Source: Dimorphilus gyrociliatus | Taxonomy: Eukaryota > Animalia > Annelida | DNA length: 64,000 bases | Reading direction: 5' to 3' | NCBI GenBank assembly: GCA_904063045.1 | Contig: CAJFCJ010000019.1 | Location: 2,672,684-2,736,683 of the forward strand | Shown here: positions 36,140 through 47,566 of the stretch, piece after piece | Layout of the letters: the number at the start of each line of letters is the position of its first letter | How positions within the stretch are numbered: the stretch's first letter is position 1 | Program-made: the position numbers and the translations under genes | Notes under the pieces: model-generated | What the model was told of the DNA's origin: nothing | Databases searched by the model: none | What the model saw: the letters and a program-made list of their open reading frames with translations, nothing else

Positions 36140-39100
36140 ATGCTGCTTCGTTTATATTTTGTATTTATAACCGTTTTTGCTGGTTTGTTGATGATAAAAT
36201 TATAATTCTAATATTAAATATAATATGATTTATTAATATTAAATGCAGATCTTAATATACCTAATTGTCATAAATGGTATTATAGCAAGCCTGCTTGTAG
36301 TAATCATCCTGACGGATATAGGTAAATTATTTTGTTTTCTGCATAATGTGGTTCGTAAATTATTAAGATATCTTTTAGGTGTACTTGCGGTCCAGGATTT
36401 TTATGGAATACTCATATATGCGTTGCAGAGGGTCTAAATTCTGCGTTTGAATTCCATCCAACGAACGACAGCAAATTCGTCTTATTAAATGACAAGCAGT
36501 TTCCTGATTTAAGAGCTTTCACTCTTTCTTTATGGCTAAAACCGAAATCAGGAACTGTGTTATCATATAGTTCAAACCAAAAACCCAACCTCTTGACAAT
36601 AAGCATCAGTGAAGCTAATCATCTTAATCTTAAACTAGATTCTAGTCTTTTCCAGATAAGGAGAAGTTACATTCCTAGTCAGATATGGTCACATCTAGTC
36701 TGGACTTGGGAAGGGCGAAATAAACACAAGGTATACGTCAATGGAAACCGTATAGAAATTAAAGGACATGGAAAAGACTCAAGCCGTTCCGAAATACCCG
36801 GAAATGGGAGGCTTGTTCTCGGTCAACAGAGGGCCACAAATGGTGCTAGAGCTGATGAAGAGCAATGGGTTAGAGAAAAAGAATTTGTAGGGCATGTTGC
36901 TTTTTTAAATATTTGGAAAAAAGTTCTCACTTTAGAAGAAATTGTTCAAATAAAAGAAGATTGCAAATTAAACTGGTGCGGGGATGGAATAGAATGGGCA
37001 GATCTAAGATCTGGAACGAGAGGTCCTCTTCGTATGAGATGGCCGTCAGATGTTCCGTTTTCAAACGACATCTGTTTTAGCGGTAAAGAGCAAGCAGATT
37101 CGTGTGAAAAATTTTGTACCGTTACCGAAGGTGCCCAATGCAATGCCGAAATAGCAGAAAATATTGAATGGCCTAGATCTAAAGCAAATTTAACATTAGT
37201 AATGCCTTGTCCAGGGTTAAGTTATCCTCTAGATTATACAAATAATAGTTATCCAGAACAAGCTAATTCAACCAGAGCATGCGGCGTAGAGGGAACCTGG
37301 CAAAGCCCTAATGTATCAGCTTGTCTTTCAGGAGCAGTCAGTTTATTCTTTAAAAACGTCTCCAACCCAACTATAACCAGTAATAAGGAGGATTTGCCCA
37401 TCAAACTATTACACGAAATTCATGACCTTATTGATGCTAGATCTTATTCTAATCCTCTAGATATATCAACGTTAGTAGAATCATTTGGAAAAATAGTAGA
37501 GTTGCAAAGTAAATCCGTTTATGATCCCACCTACACTAAACATATTAGAAGAAAAGACTCATCGTATCCAAAGTGGGATCAAACAATAGAATTTTTTGAA
37601 TTGTCTGTAGAAATAATCAACAAATTAACTGGAGATCGAAACAGCGAAGGCTGGCAAGCGGCTCAACCAATGGGAATCGAAGGGGACTACTTGGCGAACA
37701 CTCTGGAATCATTAGTTCAGCTAGCTGTAGAATCGTTACTTTTTGAGAGGAGGGGAGATGCAAGTAGAAGAAAACTCAGCGTTAAATCAGACACTTTCAC
37801 AATAGAATCAAACGTATTAAAAAGGTCATCGGACTTCGAATATTCAGAATTGAAAGACATCTTATCATGGAATCTAATAGAAAATGAAGGCACTGTAAGA
37901 TTGAGTGCCAATTACAGCGATTCTGAAAATTTGATCGTTACATTGGTGAAAGCTTCATTTGGAAATATCTTACCCACTCAACGAGAAAATAAAAAGATGG
38001 ACAAAATTAATTCGGCAGTATTTGCCGCGTTTGCTCACCGTAAAAACAAACGATTAAACTCTCCGATTACAATCGATTTACATCTGAAGTACCTGAACAA
38101 TTTCAATATTTCAGAACAAAAATGCGTTAGATTAATGCATGGTCCATTTTGGCATTGGACAGGAGCAAACTGTTCATTAAATTCCAAGAGATCTTCAGTA
38201 AATTATGCACATTGTGTTTGTTCAACATCGGGCTGGTTTGCTGTAACAACTCATATGTTTAACGATAATTGGGTAAGGGAGGAGAAGCCCTTAGAGTTGC
38301 TTTTACTCCCGTCGTACATTGGCTGTGCAGTATCCACGACACTCTGTATTCTAGCTTGCTTTCTGCACCGTTATGTTAAAACAGCCTCTCAAACCGCTCT
38401 AATTCACAAGAATTTAGCAATTTCAATAGCATTCAGCCAGTTAACCCTCATGTTTAGTATTGACAAACTAAAGTACGACACAATTTGCAAGGCTTCCACC
38501 GTTTTACTTCATTATTTTTTTATATCGTCGTTTGCTTGGCTAATGAATGAAGCATTTAATTTATACACAGTTATTACATATGCGGCCCATTCACACTCAG
38601 AATCCTCTGCTGAATCGAGCTCACAGTGGCGCTACTATATTCTTGGTTGGTTACTTCCGGCCGCTCTGGTTGGCGCCTTTATTGGTACCTATAATAAAGA
38701 TTATTACTCGTTAGAAATGTGTTTTGTGGCTTGGAAGCATAAATGGCTTTGGATAGGACCAGCAACAGCTATGTTAGCAATTACTGTTCTAGTTCTTATT
38801 TTTACAGCTAAAGAGCAACACGAGAGCTCTTACAGTAAGAATGAAAAGACGAATAAAAGTATATTTAATCATTCAAAGGCATTATGGAGTCAAGTAATTT
38901 TGCTAACCATGTCATGGTCATTTGCTTTTATATCACTCAGAATGGTTGGGGCTATCGTGAAATGGCTATACGCACTTTTCAACTGTCTTCAAGGAGCTTT
39001 CTTTTTTATATTTTTCTCGGTTTTACACGACGAAGTTAGAACTTTCCTTATCGCTAAGAAGAAACAACATAATCTTTCAAAGCATGGTTACGATTATTCA

Positions 39101-39295
39101 CCAACCCAAACGGACTCGGATTTTTGTCAGCCTCCGGTTGCATTGATGGATGTTGGAGTTCCATCTGTCAGCTCCCCGACAGACTTTCAATCGACAGACG
39201 ATGACGAAAGAGAAGGTTATTCAACCTTATCAAGACGTAAAAATATGTCGAAAAGTAGTGAATCTGAATGCGAAATTATGGTTACTAGTGTCTAA
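36140..39295 (+). CDS. Adhesion GPCR (about 1010 aa): signal peptide, EGF-like module, pentraxin/LamG domain, HRM, GAIN/GPS, secretin-type 7TM, PDZ-ligand tail
   Basis: Exons 36140-36182 (MLLRLYFVFITVFA), 36249-36321 and 36379-39295; 66- and 57-nt GT-AG introns in phase. EGF-like CHKWYYSKPACSNHPDGYRCTCGPGFLWNTHIC; pentraxin FTLSLWL...HLVWTW...LVLGQ...FVGHVAFLNIW; HRM IEWP...MPC...TRAC...GTWQSPNVSAC; GPS CVCSTSGWFAV; 7TM with HKNLAISI, HYFFISSFAWLMNEA, LGWLLPA, FNCLQG. The first exon is the least certain. Confidence 0.9.
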
Positions 39296-39934
39296 GACTA
39301 TAATTTACTCTTTCCACTTAATCTTTTTCATTTCGTCTGTTCTTACCTCACATTCCTAAATCTTTTTTATATTTAAGTTTTTTTATTAAAAAAAAATGTC
39401 TTAAGTTAAATTTTTTTTAATGAAATATAATTTATCTAAACAGGCACACCCTAAAATCTTTGACCAAAGACGAACTGTTTACATAGAAAGGAGTGATAAT
39501 TACACATTTTTTATATAATGTTATATAAAATAATTCATACGCACTTAAAACAGTGTAATATAACAACTGAAAACAAGCATTTTATTACAAAGATCAAAGT
39601 TTTAATTAAGGCTTTATACCAAATTGTATGGGCGGAAGCAAACTTATCGTCCTCTTAGAAACTAAATAACAATATACATGAAAGATTTTACAGAAGGATT
39701 GACGCTCTGAAATGCAAAGGACAATTACTCCTTTTTGTTCTTTTTTAAGAGGTTTGAAGGTGAAGAGGAATCTGTAAACTGTATAAATAATAGGAAGGAT
39801 TCTTTTACTTAATAATTTTTTACCCTACTATAAAAAGTTAAGATTTCTGAGCATTTTCATTCTCTTCCTGAAGTTAACTGAAGTGTCCGAAAGAATATAT
39901 CTGGTTATATATTAATATCCTAATCGTCAGGACG

Positions 39935-41027
39935 ATGTCGTTCTTTTTGGATCCGGAAAAAATATCCTTATTAATCAAGCAGCAAAAGGCTCTTTATTCG
40001 AATCCAAACTACACTGGCCCAATTCACCCATTCGAATTTCCTAAAAGACCTTACTGGGAAAACTGTATCAATATTTTTCAAATGGTTTTCATTGTTGTTA
40101 CGAACAGTTTTTTCATTGCTTTGGTAATGCTTTCTCCAAATCTACGAAAAATACCTTATGGTATAATGACATCGATGGCAGTTGGAGATATGACTGTTGG
40201 AATAATTACTCTTCCAACAGCTTTCATTGCTGAGAATCTAGTAGTCAATTTCACGTACAAAACTTGCTTGATCAATTATGGTGCGACGATTGCTTGTCCG
40301 TTAATTTCCGTTTTGCACTTCATCGTAAGTCTAACTTTAACGTATTGCTTTGATGTAAAAATATTACTTCTTAAGCTTTCTTATTTTAAGAATCCTAAAG
40401 ATTAACTTTTTCTTTTTCATTTAGATAATCGCGGCTGAAAAATTCATTACTATTCAATATCCGCTTAGATATCAACAGATTGTTACAAAGAAGGCTGCGA
40501 TAATCTCGTGTTTTATCGTATGGCTTATATCATTGTTGGTAGGATTCCTTCCACCAATTATTCTTATCATTATTAATAAACCATCATACGAATGGTTTAA
40601 TTATTGTTCCCCACTCTTTATTTTCCCTGATGGTTACATGTTCTCTTCAGTAATCGTCTTCTTGATACCAACTATGATAACTGTTTCTGTTTTGTATGCA
40701 AAAATTATTTATATTGCCAGAAAGCAGAGTAATAAAGTTTCCGCAGAGCAAACTAAGCAAGCTTCTCAATCACAAAGAGCAAGGATTATTAGGGGTATGG
40801 CAATTATTTTATTTGTCTTATTATATTTTTTAGCATCGTGGCTACCTCTTGGGGTTTTACTGTTAATACCCAACCTAGACATTTCCCAAGAAGTATGGGG
40901 AATAATTAAGATGATAGCTTTCAGTAAAGCGTGGATTGATCCTATTGTCTTTGGAATCGGTAGCAAGGAAATTCGTAATGCTGTCATGCGGCTCATTTGT
41001 GGAAGAAAGGTAGCCGATGATTATTAA
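39935..41027 (+). CDS. Orphan rhodopsin-family (class A) GPCR (330 aa, 2 exons)
   Basis: Exons 39935-40324 (donor GTAAGT, phase 0) and 40425-41027. TM2 MAVGD, TM3 end AEKF followed by YPLRY, TM5 IP...LY, TM6 SWLP, TM7 DPIVF. Confidence 0.88.
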
Positions 41028-41783
41028 TATTCTTTACGTTGTTTTTATCAACTATCTAAGCTTATACGTTTATATATATATATATATATAGATCTGTTTA
41101 TGTTGTTCGACGGTCTAAAACAGCACAAAACTGTTAGATTAGATGAATAAACAATGATGTTTTTTCTTGCCCTTTAAATAGTTATGGTTTTATTCGTCAT
41201 TCCTAAAATTATATAAAAAAATTAAGCGTTTTTTTTTACATATATAAAAGCGTAGATGATTGATTATTATTAGTATTGGAAGATGTCTCTCGACGCCTCT
41301 TAACAATATTCATTAATTGCGCAGCTTGTTAAGTGCAAAACATTTTCCTTTCATATGATTTATCCACCGTACAAGACGGTGTCTCACGACTAAACTCTTT
41401 TGCCTATTCATTCTTAAATCATTTTTCTTTTCTTGCATCGGCACAATACCTTTTCAATAACTTTATTGAAATATCCAAGACAAGAAAATTGCTTTGGTTT
41501 AATTTTTAGGATAAAAAATATTTTTCATTTTCACTTTTCCAGTCTCTGGCAAATCTTATAGAGGGAGTGATCGCTATTTTCCTTGAAAATCAGGTATCAA
41601 CCTGATTACAGACAACAGAAATGGAGTTAGAGTAATTCTGTCCATATTATTACATTTACAGCAGTGTATAGTTGCAACGATCGTTGGCATGGAGCCAGGG
41701 GTTTATCGATAATAAACTAGAGTGGGAGTGAAGAGTTGGACATAAAGAAAAATATGAATAATATTCTTGATATTAATTAGACG

Positions 41784-42429
41784 ATGTCTCTTGTTACTTT
41801 CCGCCAAAGGTAAAAGTTCTTTTTTTTTCACGAAGTGGAAAAAACACAACACCTTACGCTAATCTTAACAAACAGGCAACAAAGGTAAAACAAAAACAAC
41901 TATAAATGTAGTTAACTATTTAAGAACAGAGACAATCTAACGCTAAATGTACTCAACATCTCTTTTTTCAATCTTTTGAGACCATACTCAAAGTATGAAC
42001 AATTGCGCAATTAGGCCTATTTGTAGTTAGGAGTACAAAGAAGGTTCAATGTTCATTTATAATTAGAAAGAAGAGTCGTTTAATGTTTACGAATCTTTTT
42101 TTTTTGTACAGGCACAAAAGAATTAAAAGGAGGAAACTATTTCATTCTCATCCTCTTATAACAGCAGCTCTGAACAAATTCACTGTACCAACTTCCTACA
42201 ATCGAACGCTACATTATAGGTGGCACCATAATACAATCTTTATTTGTTCTTTCTCTCTTTTCAAAGATTTAAAGAATTGATTTATAAATTACTACATATC
42301 CATGTCCCTAATTATTTGAATTTCGAAAAAAGCCTATATATAGGTCTAATTATTTTAATTAGTGTTGTTTTCTTTTCTTTTTTGGCTTACTATTTTGCAG
42401 AGGGCGCCAACGATCGAGAATGTTCGTAA
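41784..42429 (+). CDS. Speculative 98-aa tail-anchored membrane microprotein (3 exons)
   Basis: Exons 41784-41809, 42112-42219 and 42267-42429 join in phase (297 nt). Basic N-terminus and C-terminal hydrophobic helix. The second donor (GTGGCA) is weak and there is no homology support. Confidence 0.22.
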
Positions 42430-42502
42430 ATATTCGTAAAAAGATTTTATTGAATTTAACAAAACAATTAAAAGTGATAAATAATAATTAGTAAAGAGTA
42501 TT

Positions 42503-43267
42503 TTAAAAATTTCCATCGACATTTAAGTGTGACGAATATTGGGTTGATATACAGTCCTTGGGCACGTTTTGCTTCTCTTTTCTCTTCTCAAACTTTTTTT
42601 GGGCGGCACTTCCCTCTTTAAATCGATACCTTCTTCTTAATAGACTTCCATTATCGAACATATCTTCGAATTGTGGATCTATTGACCAGGGATGTCCTTT
42701 ATCACCTGGGCGTCTTGCAAGTTTAACGAAACAATCGTTGAGTGTAAGATTGTGTCGAATTGATCCATGCCATCGTGTATTTCGTTTATAGAAGGGAAAC
42801 TTTGTTTCAATAAACTCGATGATTTCTCGTAATGTCGCACACCTATTAGGAGTATTACTAATCGCCATGCAGATAAGAGCGATATAGCTGTATGGAGGTT
42901 TTCCAGACTCCAACGGCCTTTTTCTTACTCGACCACCTGATGTTACCTAAACAAGAGAAATAGTTTCGTGATGTAAATTTTAGGACTTCACCAATTTGAA
43001 AGTTTATCAAAAAATAGAAACACTTACATTAATAGAGTTAGAAGTTGCTGCATCAGCATCTGAAGCTGCCGAGAAAGTTGGAGAGACGCTTTGTTCAGAT
43101 TGAACATTCCAAATAGGTGGCTGATAGTTAACATCCTGTGGTGTTCTTTCATTATAATTAGTCTGTAGATTCGGCGGTTGTATATGATCGAAGTTCAAGT
43201 AGGAGTATTGGGAATATGCAAGTGAGGGGGGAACGCCGTAGAAACTTGAAAGTGGATAGTGTTGCAT
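42503..43267 (-). CDS. Divergent forkhead-box transcription factor (227 aa, 2 exons), class unassigned
   Basis: Exons 43267-43028 (Q/P/S/Y-rich, donor GTAAGT, phase 0) and 42946-42503 (81-nt intron). [22 protein letters not shown]...[17 protein letters not shown]...[17 protein letters not shown]. Confidence 0.9.
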
Positions 43268-44283
43268 CTTGAAGCTGGATATCGAATGTCGACGAAGCGG
43301 AGATTTAAATGCAGTTATAACGGACGGTTAACGTACTGTCAAAATGCGCAATTGTTAAATAAACGGTGACGTAATCGACAAAGCTGTTTGACACCGCCCG
43401 ATCGACTCGTTCAAAGTCGTGGATAAAACGGTAATTTAGGGACTAATTGCGGTATTTAACTGATCACAGGTTAGAGAAGGAAATGTCGTTTTTGATAGAG
43501 TAGATCTACTAATAGTTTCATTCAAATTTACAAATTAGTTAAGTTTGCCTAATCCGTTTCTTTTTTTGAGTGTCAAAGAAAAAGTCTTTTGATAAAGACA
43601 GACTGCTTAATTTTAATTTTATGATCGTTTTTCTTTTAACATTCTATACTTAATCTAATAAATATATATTATTCGATTCTTTGATGAAAATGCAAATAGG
43701 AATTAATCCGCTGGCTGACTTTTAGAAATTAGACGCAGAGATAAAAACCCTCTTTCTCATTTTACAGCATCTTCTTTAATACATTCTACACTTCGTATTC
43801 CCTTTCTTCAGACTCTATTTTGTAAATTAATGTCACTTACAAATAAATATATAATAGATCTTTTACTTTTTTGAGAATTGTACGTTGATGTTTATATAAT
43901 GTATAGGGAAATGGTCTGAATGAACATATACATATATGTTAGTATATATACAGTATATACTGAATATATATTTTATATAATATATTTTAGATAGGCCCGC
44001 GAAAAGCTTGATACTCTTGATACTAATTAAATGCAGGTCGGCGGAACTTACTTTGATGAAAGTTCCTATAACACTTTATTTACGTTTATTAGTCCGTAAC
44101 GACCAGGCCTATCGTGTTAAACAAAAGCTTTTTTACCCAAAGGTATGATAATAAAGGCAAACGGCCTGAGTATTCCTTTCCTTATATTGATTATGGGTTC
44201 TTTCGTACAGAGGAATTTTCCCGTTCATTAAATTTCCGTCCACCAGGGGGCATAAAATAAAATAACTGAGATTAGTTTCGGGA

Positions 44284-45336
44284 ATGGATGATAACGTATC
44301 GCAATCGTTCCGGTCGAATAATGTATCTTTGGAGCTATCGAATCCACCTATTGAATCTATCATAATTCCTGTTGTCTTTGGGTTAATTGTTCTTGTTGGT
44401 GCAATCGGTAATGTTCTGGTTCTAATCGCCGTCTTCCGACAGCCTATGAGAACAACAACAAATCTCTTTATTGTTAATTTAGCAGTCGCAGATCTTTTAT
44501 TCCTTATCTTTTGTGCCCCTTTTCATGCAATCGTCTATACTCAGCATTGGTATTTTGGGGAGGTAGCCTGCAAATTGGTCCATCTTCTTCAATTTTCAGC
44601 CATGCTTGCAAGTATTTGGACTTTAGTTACTATGTCTGCTGATAGATTTTTGGCTGTTTCGTTTCCTGTGCGGACGAAACATTTGCGGAAGCCTAGAGCA
44701 GCTCTGATTAGTAGTTCGTTGGTGTGGGTCTTGGCTGTTTTTTCGTCTGTATTATGGCCTATAGTCTACACTATAAGAAAATACGGAGATATTCCCGTCT
44801 GTAGTGACGCCTTTGACAGTGATCAGAAAAGAGCTTCAACTTTTCTACTTTTGTTCGTGTTCGGTTACGCTATACCATTAGCTGTCATAGCACTTCTAAG
44901 CGCTTTACTTATACGGCAACTGTGGAAAACACCAATGGATTGTTCTCGGCGAGCAAGTACTGAAGCCAAGAAGAAAGTAACTCGCTTAATAGTCGTCGTA
45001 GTCCTCGCATTCGCCCTTTGTTGGCTGCCTTCTCACGTCTTTTGGCTTTATACAACACTTCACAAGCTTCATCAGGGTAGGGAGGCACCCAAGACCATGG
45101 CACTCTATGTTTTTAGAATGATTAGCCACGTTCTCTCCTATGCCAATTCGGCTGTCAATCCAATACTTTACGCATTTCTATCCAGACATTTCCGGATAGC
45201 TTTTAGGAGGGCGTTAAAATGTGAAAGATCGAATATATCTGAATCATATTGGATAAGCAGTGCAGCCCATCCACATTACAACATTCGCTTAGACAGAAAA
45301 TCTCATGGCCAGGGAGATGATTCGAAACACTTATAA
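44284..45336 (+). CDS. Galanin/allatostatin-A receptor family neuropeptide GPCR (350 aa, intron-less)
   Basis: GNVLV, MRTTTNLFIVNLAVADLLF, FCAPF, WYFGEVACKLVH, DRFLAVSFP, CWLP, SHVLSYANSAVNPILYAFLS..FR. Confidence 0.88.
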   Translation: MDDNVSQSFRSNNVSLELSNPPIESIIIPVVFGLIVLVGAIGNVLVLIAVFRQPMRTTTNLFIVNLAVADLLFLIFCAPFHAIVYTQHWYFGEVACKLVHLLQFSAMLASIWTLVTMSADRFLAVSFPVRTKHLRKPRAALISSSLVWVLAVFSSVLWPIVYTIRKYGDIPVCSDAFDSDQKRASTFLLLFVFGYAIPLAVIALLSALLIRQLWKTPMDCSRRASTEAKKKVTRLIVVVVLAFALCWLPSHVFWLYTTLHKLHQGREAPKTMALYVFRMISHVLSYANSAVNPILYAFLSRHFRIAFRRALKCERSNISESYWISSAAHPHYNIRLDRKSHGQGDDSKHL

Positions 45337-46028
45337 CTGAAATCTCTTATAGCAAATAAACTGCTTACTCTCTATGCTTCTCTTTGTCGATTCTATGAAG
45401 GAGAACTTCATTTTCTAATAGGTTCGATAAACTCTCTGCTGTCTTTTTAATTAAAATTATAAAAAATGACTCTTTGAAGACTTCACCTGAGTATTATTAC
45501 TTTTTAAATATACTTTTTACTATTAAACGATCTTCAATCCCCTCTTGTCTTTATGTTCAACATATATTAATATGTATTTCAACTAAATAGTTCTCTTTCA
45601 GGACTAAAATTGCAACTCTCCACCTAGAAATTGACGTTAAGTACAAAAGCTAACTGGAAGTGAATCGATAAAGTTGGTGAACAATAAAACCTCATTCTAT
45701 TACAAAATTAATTCGAATCGTTAGGAACTTAGAATGTCATCCGAATCCGTAAAATTGTTTTTGCAATCATTCTGTTTTTATTAGTTTGTGATAAGATTTA
45801 TTTATAATTTTCATTAACAAACAAACATCAAGGTAATTTATAATTATTGCATTTCTTAATTTTATTACTAGCATTATATTTAATTTTATTACCATCTTAT
45901 TTGACAAGACACTTATGAAAAAATGACACTCTGATGGAACTAAATTGGGTCAATAAAATGAAAGTGTATAAGTGTATAAAAAAAACGTAATTACATAATC
46001 AAAGGCACCGAATTAAGTCCGTTCACAA

Positions 46029-46100
46029 AGAAAAGTTACTTATAAAGGATAAAGAAAACACGGAAAATTTGGACATTAATTAGACTATATACTACTAAAA
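46029..46100 (+). mobile_element. Possible relic of a non-LTR retrotransposon endonuclease (decayed)
   Basis: Frame reads RKVTYKG*RKHGKFGH*LDYILLK, resembling the apurinic-endonuclease-like K.TW...G....QIDYIL motif. The second TAA is one transition away from CAA (Gln). No RT motifs were recognised nearby. Confidence 0.3.
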
Positions 46101-47551
46101 GCAGCCCAGCTAAAGTTACGTCCATTTTGTTTTCTGGAAACATTTTTTAGCATAATTAAGCGGAAATAAACGGAGTATTGTAACTTATGGAATAAACATG
46201 TAGGGAGGGGTGGAAAACTCGCAACCGACTTTTAACAAGATATTTATTTCGTATAAATTGCTTTCAGAGTCGATAAAAACCTCTAGAAGAGAGGCCGATA
46301 TAGAAACGCTTTAGTCGAAGTTGTTCAAATAGTGTCACCCACTTCTCTCATCTAACACCTGATTAAATAAATTAATTGACAAAGTTATTTAAATTTAGAA
46401 CAAATCATACCAGGAAACTAATCTCACTAAGTTGATTTTATATAAATAATAAATGGACTGTACATTCCTTTAAATAGCCTGAAATACCCTGGTTACTTGT
46501 GGGCTACGAAAAATAATTAGTATAGAACGTAAATCATTGCCAAACTTTATCTAAACTACCTTATCGATGGACATTCCAGGAGGATGAACATAAAGCGAAA
46601 TTGATAGAAATGGAAAGAATTAGAAAAATTCCTTTGCCTTTTCCTTGGTGTAGGGTTCTTGTACTTTATCCTTTTATCTTATTTTAACAATAAGACATAC
46701 AGTTCGCCGCTCTTTTATGCAGGAGCCTCATATATTTTTCGCTCACGTAACTCCTTATTCATAACAAGTTATTTTGATGGAGAAGACCCTAAATTTTGTA
46801 TGTAATTTATTTATATCAAGATTATCAGTAACCTTGAAAGTTTATATATATTTTTCATAAAAGTCTTTGTCTTTTCCTATATAGAGACACTTTTAGTCCG
46901 TTCGGGAATAGATATCCAAAAATTAGTATTCAAAGAAATAGCCAAACTACTTGAATTTGATAAAATCCCCCCATCTTAGACCGTTCTAAGATGTAATTAG
47001 TCTCCTTCCTCCAAAACGTTTAACATATCTCTTTACTTATTAACACTATCATTTTCTAGTTTCAATAAGAAGGAAAAACAAAAATTTCAACATCTCTCTG
47101 CTTTGCATCAATTAGGTACAGCCTTATGTTTCAGACGCCACCTTACGCTACCTTCAACAATCTTTAAAAGAGAAACATTTACATCATTCATCAAGAATAA
47201 ATACGATATATCGCAAATAGTATACATTCAAAATCCATTCAGTTCTTTTAAGATACTAATTCTATAGTTGTCGTTCTTAGAGAATAAACCAAAAGATGTG
47301 ATTGAATTAATTATTTTAATAAATAAGGTATTATGTTGATTATTTTTTGATAACACATCAATCATTGCACGTCTTTCAACTGATGGTTGTATGTGTTTGT
47401 AAATTACATCTTCTTGTTTTTCAACTTCTACAAACTCAAATTATTGGGATCGGTGAAGGCAAATAATTAGATTGTCCAAATGTTTTCACTTATAGAACAC
47501 CAATGGACGCTGTAAATTTGTTTTCCTTCTTAAACTTACTCCCTCTTATAT

Positions 47552-47566
47552 CCAGTAGGTGGCACT
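47552..47566 (+). promoter_or_regulatory. CTCF-like motif (near-perfect consensus)
   Basis: CCAGTAGGTGGCACT. Confidence 0.55.

Noticed and set aside
36243-36437. ORF-track peptide MQILIYLIV... as the signal exon of the adhesion GPCR
   Set aside because: Its donor phase is incompatible with the main exon; the alternative frame gives an EGF-like sequence and fits both splice phases.
5286-46993. Short perfect hairpins: GCGTCGTA-cgaa-TACGACGC (5286-5305), AGGAACT/AGTTCCT (about 31286-31308), CATCTTAGA-ccgt-TCTAAGATG (46972-46993)
   Set aside because: Stems of 7-9 bp are expected by chance in 64 kb; no Helitron-type CTRR end or RNA-gene context was seen.
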